Counted from the stretch's first letter, positions 13,393 to 27,596 are shown. The stretch: DNA of 64,000 nt from Squalus acanthias (GCA_030390025.1 CM059438.1:53880001-53944000), one strand, 5' to 3'. The notes: generated by a model from the sequence alone, not told the origin. Numbers and translations: made by a program.

Positions 13393-15212
13393 AACAACAA
13401 CAACAACAACTTACTTTTATATACAGCATTTAACGTAGTAACTCATTCCAAGAGCGATATCAATAAAAAAGATTTTTGACACCGAGCCACAGAAGGTGAT
13501 ATCAGGACAGATAACCAAAAGCTTGATCAAAGAGGTAGATTTTAAAGAGCATCTTAAAAGAGAAATGAGATGCAGAGAGGTTTAGGGAGGGATTTCCAGA
13601 GCTGAGGGCCAAGGCAGCTGAAAGCACGGCCGCCAATGGTGGAGCGATTAAAATCGGGGATGCGCAGCAGGCCAGTATTGGAAGAACGCAGAGATCTCAA
13701 AGGCTTGTTGGGCTGGAGGAGGCTACAGAGATAGGGAGGGGCGAGGCCATGGAGGGATTTAAGAAGAAGAGTGAGGATTTTAAAATTGAGGCGTGGTCAG
13801 TGATGGTCAGTGATGGTCAGAAAGCACAAGGGTGATGGGTGAACGAGATTTGGAGCGAGTTAAGATACAGGCAGCAGAGTTTTGGATGAGCACAAGTTTC
13901 TGTCGGGTGGAAGATGCGAGGCTGTTTCGAGGTAACAAAGGCATGGGTGAGGGTTTCAACAACCGATGAGCTGAGGCAGGGTCAGAATCAAGCGATGTTA
14001 CGGAGGTGGAAGTAAGCAGTCTTGGTGATGGAGCGGATATGTGATTGGAAACTCAACTCAGGGTCAAACACAACACCAAGGTTGCGAACAGTTTGGTTCA
14101 GCCTCAGACAGTTACCAGGGATGGAAACGGTGGTCAGGGAACGGAGCTTGTGGCCGGGACCAAAGACAATGGCTTCAGTCTTCCCAATATATAGTTGGAG
14201 GAAATTTCTGCTCATCCAGTATTGGATGTTGGAAAAGCAGTGTGACAAATCAGAGACAGAGGAGGTGTTCAAGAAGGTGGTGGTGAGATAGAGCTGAATG
14301 TCGTCGGCATACATGTGGAACCTGATGTTGTGTTTTTGGATGATGTCGCCGAGGGGCAGTATGTAGATGAGAAATAGGAGGCCAACAATAGATCCTTGGG
14401 GTCTCCAGATGTAACGATGCGGGAGCGGGAAGAGAAGCCATTGCAGGTGATTCTCTGGCTACGATTAGATAGATAAGAATGGAACCAGGCGAGTGCAGTC
14501 CCACCCAGCTGGACAGTGGAGGAGAGGCGTTGGAGGAGGATGGAGTGGTCAACCGAGTCAAAGGCTGCAGACAGGTCGAGGAGATCGAGAAGGGATAGTT
14601 CACCACAGTCACAGTCACAAAGAATGTCATTTGTGACTTTGACAAGGCCCGTTTCATTACTGTGGCCGGGCCAGAAACCTAACTGGAGGGATTCAAACAT
14701 GGAATTGCAGAAAAGATGTGCATGAATTTGGGAGGCGACAACACGTTCAAGGACATTGGAGAGGAAAGGGAGGTCGGAATTGGGGCGGTAGTTTGCAAGG
14801 ACGGAGGGGTCAAGGGTGGTTTTTTTTGAGGAGAGGGGTGATGACAGGCAGATTTGACGGGGAAGGGACGAGGACAGTACCTGAGGAGAGGGAACTGTTA
14901 CAATATCAGCTAACATGGGGGCCAAGTTGAGTGGTCAACAGTTCGGTCAGAATAGGATCGAGGGAGCAGGAGGTGGGTCTTATGGACAAGATGAGGTCAG
15001 AGAGAGCATTGCAGGAGATCGGATAGAAACTAGAGAAAGACTTGAGTTCAGGGCTAGGGCAGCGAGGAACATTGGGGGAAGTTTGTCCCGATGGGCATGG
15101 GGAAGGGAAGCGGTAGAGGCAGCTGAACGGATGGTCTCAATATTTGTGACAAAAAACTCCATGAGCTCCTTGCATTTATTGTCGGAGGTGAGGGTGGAGG
15201 AGGCAGGGGAAG
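13393..15212 (-). mobile_element. L2 LINE remnant
   Basis: LDLSAAFDSVDHSILLQRL, MYADDIQLYL, VRNLGVVFDPELSF; (TTG)n tail. Confidence 0.9.
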
Positions 15213-15760
15213 GAATCCTGCCGTCCTTACCTGGTCTGGCCTATTTGAGACTCCAGACCCACAGCGATGTGGCTGACTCTTAACTGCCCTCTGAAATGGC
15301 CTAGCAAGCCACTCAGTTGTATCAAACTGCTACAAAAAAGTATAATAAGAATAAAACCAGACGGACCACGTGCCATCGACCTAGGTACCGTATTCGAACA
15401 CGACAAAGGCACACCCAACCCAGTCGACCCTGCACAGTCCTCCACACATCTGGGGACATGTTCCAAAATTGGGAGAACTGTCCCACAGCCTGACATAGTA
15501 ATACATTTAGCCAAAGTCCCAAACGCCTTCATCACCATCCCACCGGCAGGACAGTCCCATCAGCACTGTCGGGAGGGAGTGGCCCTGGGAGTCCTCAACA
15601 TTGACTCCGGACCCCATGAAGTCTCATGGCAACATGGACAAGGAAACCTCCTGCTGATTTACCACCTGCTGCCCTCCCACAGCTGATGAACACCACTTGG
15701 AAGAAGCACAACCACAGAATGTACTCTGGGTGGGGGCTTCAATGTACATCATCAAGAGTG

Positions 15761-17383
15761 AGCGAGGAAGTATTAAGGGGTTCAGCAACTTTAAAAGTGG
15801 ATAAATCCCAAGGCCCAGATGAAATGTATCCCAGGCTGTTGAGCGAAGCAAAAGAGGAAATAGCAGAGGCCCTGACCATCATTTTTCAATCCTCTCTGGC
15901 TTCAGGTGTCGTGCCGGAGGACTGGAGGACTGCTAATGTGGTACCCTTGTTTAAAAAGGGAGAAAAGGATAGACCGAGTAATTACAGGCCAGTCAGCCTA
16001 ACCTCGGTGGTGGGAAAATTATTGGAAAGAATTCTGAAAGACAGGATAAATCTTCATTTAGAAAGACACGGATTAATCAAGGATAGTCAGCACGGATTTG
16101 TTAAGGGAAGGTCGTGTCTGACAAACTTGATTGAATTTTTTGAGGAGATAACAAGGAGGGTAGATGAGGGTAGTGCGTTTGATGTAGTGTATATGGACTT
16201 TAGCAAGGCTTTTGATAAGGTTCCACATGGCAGACTGGTCACGAAGTTAAAAGCCCATGGGATCCAGGGCAAAGTGTCAAGTTGGATTCAAAACTGGCTC
16301 GGAGACAGGAAGCAGAGGGTAATGGTTGATGGGTGTTTTTGTGACTGGAAGGCTGTTTCCAGTGGGGTTCCGCAGGGCTCAGTACTAGGTCCCTTGCTTT
16401 TTGTGGTATATATCAATGATCTAGACTTGAATATAGGGGGTATGATTAAGAAGTTTGCAGATGATACTAAAATCAACTGTGTGATTGATACTGAAGAAGG
16501 AAGCTGTAGACTGCAGGAAGATATCAATAAATTGGTCAGGTGGGCAGAACAGTGGCAAATGGAATTCAATCCGGAGAAGTGTGAGGTAATGCATTTGGGG
16601 AGGGCTAACAAGGAAAGGGAATACACATTAAATGGTAGGACACTGAGTAGCGTAGAGGAACAGAGGGAATTGGAGTGCATGTCCACAGATCCCTGAAAGT
16701 AGCAGGCCAGGTAGATAAGGTGGTTAAGAAGGCATACGGAATGCTTGCCTTTATTAGCCGTGGCATAGAATACAAGAGCAGGGGGGTTATGCTTCAACTG
16801 TATAAAACACTAGTTAGGCCTCAGCTAGAGTACTGCGTGCAGTTCTGGTCACCACATTACATGAAAGATGTGATTGCACTAGAGAGGGTACAGAGGAGAT
16901 TTACAAGGATGTTGCCGGGAGTAGAGAATCTTAGCTATGAGGAAAGACTAGATCGGCTGGGTCTGTTTTCCTTGGAACAGAGGAGGCTGAGGGGAGACCT
17001 TATTGAGGTGTATAAAATTATGAGGGGCCTAAATAAAGTGGATAGAAAGGACCTATTTCCCTTAGCAGAGGGGTCAAAAACCAGGGGACACAGATTTAAA
17101 GTAATTGGTGGAAGGTTTAGAGGGGATTTGAGGGGAAATTTCTTCACCCAGAGGGTTGTAGGGGTCTGGAACTCACTGCCTGAAAGGTTTGGTAGAGGCA
17201 GAAACCCTAACCACATTTAAAAAGTACTTGGATGTGCACTTGTTATGCTGTAACCTGCAGGGCTACGGACCGAGAGCTGGGAAGTGGGATTAGGCTGGAT
17301 AGCTCTTTGTTGGCCGGTGCGGACACGATGGGCCGAAATGGCCTCCTTCCGTGCTGTAACTTTCTATGATTCTATTATTCTAT
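15761..17383 (+). mobile_element. 5'-truncated CR1 LINE (RT)
   Basis: YMDFSKAFDKVPH, FADD; (TTCTATGA)n tail; flanked by GAGTG on both sides. Confidence 0.95.
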
Positions 17384-17688
17384 GAGTGGCTCGGTGGCAC
17401 CACTACTGACCAAGCTGGCCAAGCCCTGAAGGACTGGGCTTGCGGCGGGTGGTGAGAGAACCGACACGAGGGGAAAACCTACTGAGGTCACCCTCCATCG
17501 TGTTGTGTGGCACTACCACTGTGCTAAATGAGATAGATTCAGAATAGATCTAGCAGCTCGAAACTGGGCATCCATGAGGCACTGTGGGCCATCAGCAGCA
17601 GCAGAATTGTATTCCACCACAATCTGTAATCTCATGACCCAGCATATCCCTCACTCTACCATTACCATCAGCCAGAGGACCAACCCTG

Positions 17689-20447
17689 ACTATTAGGAAG
17701 GACAGACAGGAAGGAAAGGGAGGTGGGGTGGCTATGTTAATAAAGGATGGAATCACTGCAATAGTGAGAAATGATATTGGGTCAAAGGATCAGGATAGTG
17801 AAACAGTTTGGGTGGAGATAAGGAATAATAAGGGGAAAAAGTCACTAGTGGGCGTAGTCTATAGGCCTCCTAACAGTTGTAACTCTATTGGTCGGAGTAT
17901 AAATCAGGAAATAGTTGGGGCTTGTAATAAGGGAACAGCTATAATCATGGGAGATTTTAACTTTCATATTGACTGGACAAATCAAATTGGGCAGGGCAGC
18001 CTTGAGGAAGAGTTTATAGAGTGCATTAGGGACGGGTTCCTTGAGCAGTATGTTACTGAACCAACCAGGGGGCAGGCAATCTTAGATCTGGTCCTGTGTA
18101 ATGAGACAGGATTAATAAAAAATGTCCTAGTAAAGGATCCCCTTGGAATGAGTGACCATAACATGGTTGAATTCCAAATTCAGTTGGAGGGTGAGAGAGT
18201 TGGATCTCAAACCAGCGTACTAAGCTTAAATAAAGGAGACGATGAAGGTATGAGAGCAGAGTTGACTAAAGTGGACTGGGAAAATAGATTAAGGTGTAAG
18301 ACGGTACAGGAGCAGTGGTGTACATTCAAGGAGGTATTTCACAACTTTCAAGAAAAATATATTCCACTGAGGAAAAAGGGGTGTAAAAGAAAAGACAGCC
18401 ATCCGTGGCTAAGTAAAGTAATAAAGGATAGCATCCGACTGAAAACAAGGGCTTATAAAGTAGCCAAATCTAGAGGGAGGATAGAAGATTGGGAAGCATT
18501 TAAAAGCCAGCAAAGAATAACTAAAAGATTAATTAAGAAGGGGAAGATAGATTATGAAAGTAAACTAGCAAAAAATATAAAAACAGATAGCAAGAGTTTC
18601 TACAGTTATATAAAAAGAAAAAGGGTGGCTAAAGTGAATGTTGGTCCCTTAGAGGACAAGACCGGGAAATTAGTAGTGGGGAACACGGAGATGGCAAATA
18701 CGCTGAACAAATATTTTGTATCAGTCTTTACAGTAGAGGATACTAAAAATATCCCAACACTGGACAAACGGGGGGCTATTGGGGGGGAGGAGCTAATCAC
18801 GATTAAAATCACTAAGGAGATGGTACTCGGTAAGATAATGGGACTTAAGGCGGATAAATCCCCTGGACCTGATGGCTTACATCCTAGGGTCTTGAGAGAA
18901 GCAGCGGTAGGGATTGCGGATGCATTGGTGCTAATTTTCCAAAACTCCCTGGATTCGGGAAAGGTCCCAGCAGATTGGAAAACTGCTAATGTAACGCCCT
19001 TATTTAAAAAGGGAGGTAGACAAAAGGCTGGAAACTATAGACCAGTTAGCCTAACATCTGTGGTTGGTAAAATGTTGGAGTCCATTATTAAGGAAGCAGT
19101 AACAGGACATTTGGATAAGCATAATTTAATCAGACAGAGTCAGCATGGTTTTATGAAGGGGAAATCATGCTTGACAAATTTGCTCGAATTCTTTGAGGAC
19201 GTAACAAACAGGGTGGATAAAGGGGAACCGGTGGATGTGGTGTATTTGGACTTCCAAAAGGCATTTGATAAGGTGCCACACAAAAGATTACTGCACAAGA
19301 TAAAAATCACAGGATTGGGGGTAATATACTGGCATGGGTGGAAGATTGGCTATCTAACAGAAAACAGAGAGTTGGGATAAATGGTTCATTCTCGGGTTGG
19401 CAATCAGTAACTAGTGGTGTTCCGCAGGGGTCAGTGCTGGGACCCCAACTCTTTACAATCTATATTAACGATTTGGAGGAGGGGACCAAGTGCAACGTAT
19501 CCAAGTTTGCAGATGATACAAAGATGGGAGGAAAAGCAGTGAGTGAGGAGGACATAAAAAACCTGCAAAAGGACATAGACAGGCTAAGTGAGTGGGCAGA
19601 AATTTGGCAGATGGAATATAATGTTGGAAAGTGTGAGGTTATGCACTTTGGCAGAAAAAATCAAAGAGCAAGTTATTATCTAAATGGAAAGAAACTGCAA
19701 AGTGCTACAGTACAAAGGGATCTGGGGGTCCTGGTGCATGAAACACAGAAGGTTAGTATGCAGGTATAGCAGGTGATCAGGAAGGCCAATGGAATCTTGG
19801 CTTTTATTGCAAGGGGGATGGAGTATAAAAGCAGGGAAGTCTTGCTTCAGTTATACAAGGTACTGGTGAGGCTACACCTGGAATACTGCGTACAGTTTTG
19901 GTTTCCATATTTAAGAAAAGATATACTTGCTCTCGAGGCAGTTCAGAGAAGGTTCACTCGGTTGATTCCGGAGATGAGGGGGTTGACTTATGAGGAAAGG
20001 TTGAGTAGGTTGGGCCTCTACTCATTGGAATTCAGAAGAATGAGAGGCGATCTTATCGAAACATATAAGATTGTGAGGGGCTTGATCGGGTGGAGGCGGG
20101 GAGGATGTTTCCACTGATGGGTGAGACTAGAACTAGGTGGCATAATCTTAGAATAAGGGGCTGCCGTTTCAAAACTGAGATTAGGAGAAACTTCTTCACT
20201 CAGAGGGTAGTAAATCGATGGAAATTGCTACCTCAGAGAGCTGTGGAAGCTGCGACATTAAATAAATTTAAAACGGAGATAGACAGTTTCCTAGCTGATG
20301 AGGGAATTAAGGGTTATGGGGAGCGGGCAGGGAAGTGGACGTGAGTCTAGGTTCGGATCAGCCATGATCCTATTGAATGGCGGAGCAGGCCCGAGAGGCC
20401 ATATGGCCTACTCCTGCTCCTACTACTTATGTTCTTATGTTCTTATG
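17689..20447 (+). mobile_element. CR1 LINE ORF2 (APE endonuclease plus RT), frameshifted
   Basis: GVVYRPP, MGDFN, SDHN, YLDFQKAFDKVPH, FADD; (TTCTTATG)n tail. Confidence 0.95.
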
Positions 20448-20747
20448 TAATAAGGAGTGTAGAAGAACATGCCAGGAGCAGCACCAGGTGTACCTGAAAA
20501 TGAGGTGCCAACCTGGGGAAGCTGCAACACAGGACTACATGCATGCTAAACAGTGGAAGCAGCATGCTATAGACAGGGCTAAGCAATCAGCAATATTATA
20601 CAGAGATAATATAACACAGCAATGCAACAAAAGAGTACAAGTTTGTCATAGATTGTGGATATAATTGGTGATATTGCACATGTACCCGAAATTAGCTCAG
20701 ATCTTCAGTAGCTTCGAAAGTGTTGTGTGATCTATACTGAAGGTTAG

Positions 20748-20906
<159 letters not shown>

Positions 20907-21259
20907 GAACGAATGGGTCAACAGCACCTTCAAGCTCCAATACTCAATACTCGTAACATTAGCTTGTTAGAATCCAAGATCTCAAAGATCAGAGCTGAAT
21001 TGCTCCTTGATGGCCTCACAATACGTGGTACAGCACCATCTCATCCAGACTTGAAGATCCCAGGCTCGATCTCTGATTTGTGTTGAGTTAGCTGTGATCA
21101 GCGGTGCTTCCTAGTCCTGCTCCTGGTTTAGTGACACCTGCTGGAAACTAAACCTTTGTCTGTTTGGTGAGGACAGGGTCAGGATTGACTGCCTGTGGTG
21201 CCCACATTTCACAATCAATTAATCTGCCAGCATTCACTGTTCAGGTTCACACACGGAGA

Positions 21260-22035
21260 ATGGGCCACAGGATGGGCCCAGATCCCAGCAGGAACTGGGC
21301 CCAGACCCCAGCAGGAAATGGGACCCCAGGACCACACAGCCCATGGGACCAGAGTTCAACAGGAAAGGGGCCCAGACCCCAGCAGGAAATGGGACCAGAG
21401 TGCAGCAGGAAATGGGCCCAGACCAGCAGGCAATGAGTACTCAGGAGGTCACTCTTCATGGAACCGGACCCCAGTAGGAAATGAGACCATACCTCAACAG
21501 GAACTGGACCCAGACCAGCAGGCAATGGGCCCTCAGGAGCTCATCGCCCATGGAACTAGGCCCCAGCAGGAAATGAGCACTCTGGAGGTCACTCCCCATG
21601 GGATCGGACCCCAGTAGGAAATTTGACCACCAGAGTTCAGCAGCAAATGGGCCCAGACCCAGCAGGAAATGGGACCAGAGTCCAGCAGGAACTGGGCCCA
21701 GACCAGCAGGCAATGAGCACTCAGGAGGTCACTCCCCATGGGACCAGACCCCAGTAGGAAATGGGACCATACCTCAACAGCAAATAGGACCAGTCCCCAG
21801 CAGGAACTGTGCCCAGGAACCCACTGCCCATAGACCAGATCCCAGCAGGAACTGTGCCCAGGAACCCACTGCCCATAGACCAGATCCCAGCAGGAACTGT
21901 GCCCAGGAACCCACTGCCCATAGACCAGATCCCAGCAGGAAATTGGACCAGGCCCCAGCAGGAAATTGGACCAGATCCCAGCAGGAAATTGGACCAGATC
22001 CCAGCAGGAAATTGGACCAGGCCCCAGCAGGAAAG
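21260..22035. repeat. Compound minisatellite built on GGCCCAGACCCCAGCAGGAAAT-type units
   Basis: Read directly; sub-blocks of about 22, 45 and 180 bp. Confidence 0.9.
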
Positions 22036-22101
22036 GGATCTCAAAGATCTGCACAGAAATTAAACACCAAAACGATTATTTTACAAGTTTCGTTGATATA
22101 A

Positions 22102-22107
22102 AATAAA
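22102..22107 (+). terminator. Candidate polyadenylation signal of the SH2D4B-like transcript
   Basis: First AATAAA I noticed downstream of the stop codon, in AT-rich context; no transcript evidence. Confidence 0.4.
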
Positions 22108-22584
22108 ACTAATTAATACTCTCCCCAAACCTGTTCGTGTTCACTGATAAACTACTAACCGGTTAATCCTGAATCATGTTTCATTCTATTCCATCTCAGA
22201 TATTAATGAGGCACCTTGCTTGTGATGAGGTGTTCAGCTGTAAGAGTCCGACAAGGAATGAGGTTCGAGCAATCTCAAACCATGCTTTGGGCACTGAACT
22301 GGCCACAGGATGGCAGGAATAGGGAATGGAACCATGGCAGACTCCCGCAAGCTTTGAGGGGATGGGCGGAGACTTCACGTATAGATAAGCAAAGCCACAG
22401 CAGCAGAGAGACAATAAAAGAAAACAGAGAGGAAAGAAGCGAGGCTAGCTGTGGTACTGGGGACCTGAAGCGAGGAGAACACTTGAGTAACAGTAATCAG
22501 AACATCATTAGGGTCACATTGAAAATAGATGAAACAAGGGTGAAGTCTGAGATAAAAGAGGACCGAACCCCTCCCCACTCCGTC

Positions 22585-25500
22585 GGGTACAACAGTATAG
22601 TGGCTATGTTGCTGGACTAGTAATACAGAGACCTGGACATGAGTTCAAATCCCACCACGGCAGCTGGGGAATTTAAATTCAGTTCATTAAATAAATCTGG
22701 AATAAAAAGCTAGTATCAGTAATGGTGACCATGAAACTACCGGATTGTCATAAAAACCATCTGGTTCACTAATGTCCTTTAGGGAAGGAAATCTGCCGCA
22801 GGGATCGGTGCTAGGACCCCAGCTATTCACAATATATATTAATGATCTAGACGAGGGAACTAAATGTAATATCTCCAAGTTTGCAGACGACACAAAGCTG
22901 GGTGGGCGTGTGTGCTGTGAGGAGGATGCAGAGAAACTCCAGTATGATTTGGACAGGTTGGGTGATTGGGCAGATGCAGTATAATGTGGATAAATGCGAG
23001 GTTATCCACTTTGGGGGCAAAAACAGGAAGACAGATTATTATCTGAACGGCAATAGATTGGGAAAAGGGGAAGTGCAACGAGACCTGGGTGTCCTTGTGC
23101 ACCAGTCGCTGAAGGTAAGCATGCAGGTGCAGCAGACGGTTAAGAAGGCAAATGGTATGTTGGCCTTCATAGCGAGAGGATTCGAGTACAGGAGCAAGGA
23201 TGTCTTGCTGCAGTTGTACAAGGCCTTGGTGAGACCACATCTTGAGTATTGTGTGCAGTTTGGGTCACCTTATCTGAGGAAGGATGTTCTTGCCATGGAG
23301 GGAGTGCAGCAAAGATTCACCAGACTGATACCTGGGATGGCAGGAATGACGTATGAAGAGAGATTGGGTCGATTAGGCTTGTATTCGCTAGAGTTTAGAA
23401 GAATGAGAGTGGATCTCATTGAAATTTATAAAATTCTAACAGGATTAGACAGACTAGATGCAGGAAGGATGTTGCCGATGGCGGGGGAGTCCAGAACCAG
23501 GGGTCACAGTCTAAGGATAAGGGATAAGCCATTTAGGACTGAGATGAGGAGGAATTTCTTCACCCAGAGAGTGGTGAACCTGTGGAATTCTCTACCACAG
23601 AAGGCAGTTGAGGCCAATTCATTAAATATATTCAAGAAGGAGTTAGATATATTTCTTAAGGCTGAAGGGATCAAGGGATATGGGGAGAAAGCAGGGACAG
23701 GGTACTGAATTTGGATGATCAGCCATGATCTCATTAAATGGCGGAACAGGCTCGAGGGGCCGAATGGCCTACTCCTGCTCCTATCTTCTATGTTTCTATG
23801 TCCTTACCCAGTCTGGCCTATATGTGACTCCAGACCCACAGCAATGTGGTTGAATCTTAACAGCCCTCTGAAATGGCCAAGCAAGCCATTCAGTTGTACC
23901 AAACTGCTAAAAAGAAGTATACTAAGAATAAAACCGGACTAGCTACCCGGCATCGACCTAGGCACCAGACACGACAAAGGCATGCCCAGCCCAGTCAACC
24001 CTGCAAAGTCCTCCTCACCAACATCTGGGGACTTGTGCCAAAATTGGGAGAGCTGTCCCACAGACTAGTCAAGCAACAGCCTGACAGAATCATTTCAGCA
24101 AACATCCCAGATTCCTCCATCACCATCCCTGGGTATGTCCTGTCCCACCGGCAGGACAGACCCACCAGGGGTGGCAGCACAATGGTATACAGTCAGGAAG
24201 GAGTGGCCGTGGGGACTTAACATTGACTCCGGACCCCATGAAGTCTCATGGCTTCAGGTCAAGCATGGGCAAGGAAACCTCCTGCTGATTACCACCTACT
24301 GCCCTCCCTCAGCTGATGAATCAGTACTCCTTCATGTTGAACTCCACTTGGAAGAAGCACTAAGGGTAACAAGGGCACAGAACGTACTCTAGGTGGAGGA
24401 CTTCAATGTCCATCACAAAGAGTGGCTCGGTAGCACCACTACTGACCGAGCTGGCCAAGTCCTGAAGGACATAGCTGCCAGACTGGGCCTGCGACAGGTG
24501 GTGAGAGAACCAACACTAGGGAATAAACCTACTTGACCTCATCCTCACCAATCTACCTGTCGCATTCATGAGGTGCTGTGGGCCATCAGCAGCAGCAGAA
24601 TTGTATTCCAACACAACCTCATGGCCCGGCCTATCCCTCACTCTACCATTACCATCAAGCCAGGGGACCTACCCTGGTTCAGTGAGGAGTGTAGAAGAGC
24701 ATGCCAGGAGCAGCACCAGGCGTACCTAAAAATGAAGTGGCCACCTGGTGAAGCTACAACACAGGACTACATGCATGCTAAAGAGCGGAAGCAGCATGCT
24801 ATAGACAGGCTAAGCGATCCCACAGTCAACGAATCAGATCAAAGCTCTGCAGTCCTGCCACATCCAGTCGTGAATGGTGGTGGACCATTAAACAACTAAC
24901 GGGAGGAGGTGGCTCCATGAATATTCCCATCCAATGATGGTGGAGCCCAGCACGTGAATGCAAAAGACAAGGCTGAAGCGTTTGCAGCCATCTTCAGCCA
25001 TAAGTGCTGAGTGGATGATCCATATCGGCCTCCTCCCGAGGTCCCCACCATCACAGAAGCCAGTCTTCAGTGAATTCAATTCATTCCACGTGATATCAAG
25101 AAACGGCTGCGCGCACTGGATACAGCAAAGGCTATGGGCCCTGACAACATCCCGGCTATCATGCTGAAGACTTGTGCTCCAGAACTAGCCGCGCTTCTAG
25201 CCAAGCTGTTCCAGTACAGCTACAACACTGGCATCTATCCGACAATGTGGAAAACTGCCCAGGTATGTCCTGTCCACAAAAAGCAGGACAAATCCAACCC
25301 GGCCAATTACCGTCCCATCAGTCTACTCTCAATCATCAGCAAAGTGATGGAAGGTGTCATCAACAGTGCTATCAAGCAGCACTTAATTACCAATAATCTG
25401 CTCACTGATGCTCAGTTTGGGTTCTGCTAGGATCACTCAGCTCCAGACCTCATTACAGCCTTGGTCCAAACATGGACAAAAGAGCTGAATTCCAGAGGTG

Positions 25501-26533
25501 AGGTGGAGGCTAATCAGCTCAGTCCCAGGACGTCGCGACAGGAATTCCTCAGGGCAGTGTCCTAGGCCCAACCATCTTCAGCTGCTTCATCAATGACCTT
25601 CCCTCCATCATAAGGTCAGAAGTGGGGATGTTCGCTGACGACTACACAGTGTTCAGTTCCATTCGCAACTCTTCAGATAATGAAGCAGTCCAAGCCCACA
25701 TGCAGCAAGACCTGGATAACATTCAGGCTTGGGCTGATAAGTGGCAGATAACATTCGGGCCGCACAAGTGCCAGGCAATGACTATCTCGAACAAGAGAGA
25801 GTCTAACCACCGTCCCTTGACATTCAACGGCATTACCATCGCCGAATCCCCCACCATCAACATCCTGGGGGATCACCATTGACCAGAAACTTAACTAGAC
25901 CAGCCACATAAATACTGTGGTACGAGAGCAGGTCAGAGGCTGGGTATTCTGCAGCGAGTGTCTCACCTCCTGACTACCCAAAACCTTTCCATCATCTACA
26001 AGGCACAAGTCAGGAGTGTGATGGAATACTCTCCACTTGCCTGGATGAGTGCAGCTCCAACAACACTCAAGAAGCTCGACACCATCCAGGACAAAGCAGC
26101 CTGTTTGATTGGAACTCCATCCACCACCTTAAACATTCATTCCCTCCACCACTGGCGTACCGTGGTTGCAGTGTGTACCATCTACAAGATGCACTGCAGC
26201 AACTCGCCAAGGCTTCTTCGACAGCACCTCCCAAACCCGCGACCTCTTCCACCTAGAAAGACAAGGGCAGCAGGTACATGGGAACATCACCTCCATGTTC
26301 CCCTCCAAGTCACAAACCATCCTGACTTGGAAATATATTGCCGTTCCTTCATCGTCACTGGGTCAAAATCCTGGAACTCCCTCCCTAATTGCATTGTGGG
26401 AGTACCTTCACCACACGGACTGCAGTGATTCAAGAAGGCAGCTCACTACCACCTTCTCAAGGGCAACTAGGGATGGGCAATAAATGCTGGCCTTGCCAGC
26501 GACGCCCACATCCCATGAACAAATTAAAAAAAA
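22585..26533 (+). mobile_element. Near full-length degenerate non-CR1 LINE (tRNA-like head, APE, RT, poly(A)); clade not determined
   Basis: Box B GAGTTCAAATCC; PGYVLSHRQDRPTRGG (APE); MGPDNIP, NYRPISLL, FADD; interrupted by a CR1 at 22796-23800. Confidence 0.87.
22796..23800 (+). mobile_element. 5'-truncated CR1 LINE
   Basis: PQGSVLGP...FADD...LVRPHLEY; TTCTATGT tail; same family as 1829-3666. Confidence 0.95.
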
Positions 26534-26655
26534 CTCGGTCAGGTCTGAACATTGAACTAGCACTGGTCCCTCTGCCCCCACTCGGTCAGGTCTGAACATT
26601 GAACTAGCACTGGTCCCTCTGCCCCCACTCGGTCAGGTCTGAACATCGGACTAGT
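26533..26655. repeat. 47-bp tandem repeat, about 2.5 copies
   Basis: ACTCGGTCAGGTCTGAACAT at 26533, 26580 and 26627. Confidence 0.88.
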
Positions 26656-27402
26656 AAGAGAGGATATAGGTAAGAGAATGTAATCAGCTGAGAAGCTATG
26701 GTTAGAATTGAGGATAAGCGAGGACTTAAAACTGTCATAGGAGTTGTTTACAGACCTCCTGATTGCAGCAATGAAGTGGCCGAACGTATTAATCAGAGAT
26801 TAGAGAGGCTTGAAGCAAAAGCAATGTTGTTTTAATGAGAGACTTTAATTTTCATATAGATTGGGAAGAGCAGAGAGGTAGTGAATTTCTTGAGTGCATT
26901 CAAGATAGTTTACTGGAGCAATACATTCTAGAACCAACAAGAGGGCAGGCCATACTAGATATAGTAATGAGAAATGAGCCAGACTTAGTCAATCTAACAG
27001 TAAGGGAACATTTATCTAACAGTGATCATAATATTATCGAATTCAATGTTAGGTTTGAAAAGGAGAAATTTAACACAGTTACTAAGAATCTATATTTTGG
27101 TTAGGCCAACTTTAACAGGATGAGACAGAGACTGACCACAGCAAACTGGTTAAAACTGTTATCGGGTAAAACTACAGATGAGCAGGGGGAGGTGTTCAAA
27201 AGAGAATTTAGCTCAATCCAGGACCAATATATACCCTTCAGGGACAAGAGCTCTACTTACCAAATAAAACAGCTGTGGTCGACAAAAGAGGTGAGAGATA
27301 AGACAAAACTAAAGGAAGGGACACACAAAAGTGCAAAGAATAATATCGATCCAGAGGACTGAGAGAGATATGAAGAACAGCAAAGGAAGACAAAAAAGAT
27401 AG

Positions 27403-27596
27403 TGTCGTAAGAATGAGCCTTACGCGTGGTGAACTTAAAGTAAGCTTTAATCAACTAAAAAGGTGCTACATACAAAAGAGGTCTTACTCTATGCCTCTCC
27501 AGGATCCAACTGCTCAGCCCAGTATTTATCCTGGACTAATCACAGGAAGTGATGTAATAAAGTTCAAGTCACAGGAAGCTGTATTGTGTTACCACA
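27403..27596 (-). repeat. 3' LTR of the Mag-like Gypsy
   Basis: Direct repeat of 31689-31882. Confidence 0.96.

Larger units (their letters stand above)
15213..20588 (+). mobile_element. Third copy of the tRNA-headed LINE family, split into 15213-15760, 17384-17688 and 20448-20588 by two CR1 insertions
   Basis: The pieces are colinear with 23801-24815. Confidence 0.8.

Noticed and set aside
22196..22440. Unique sequence with a minus-strand pyrimidine tract and a 72-aa ORF
   Set aside because: No recognisable protein similarity in any frame and no clear splice pair
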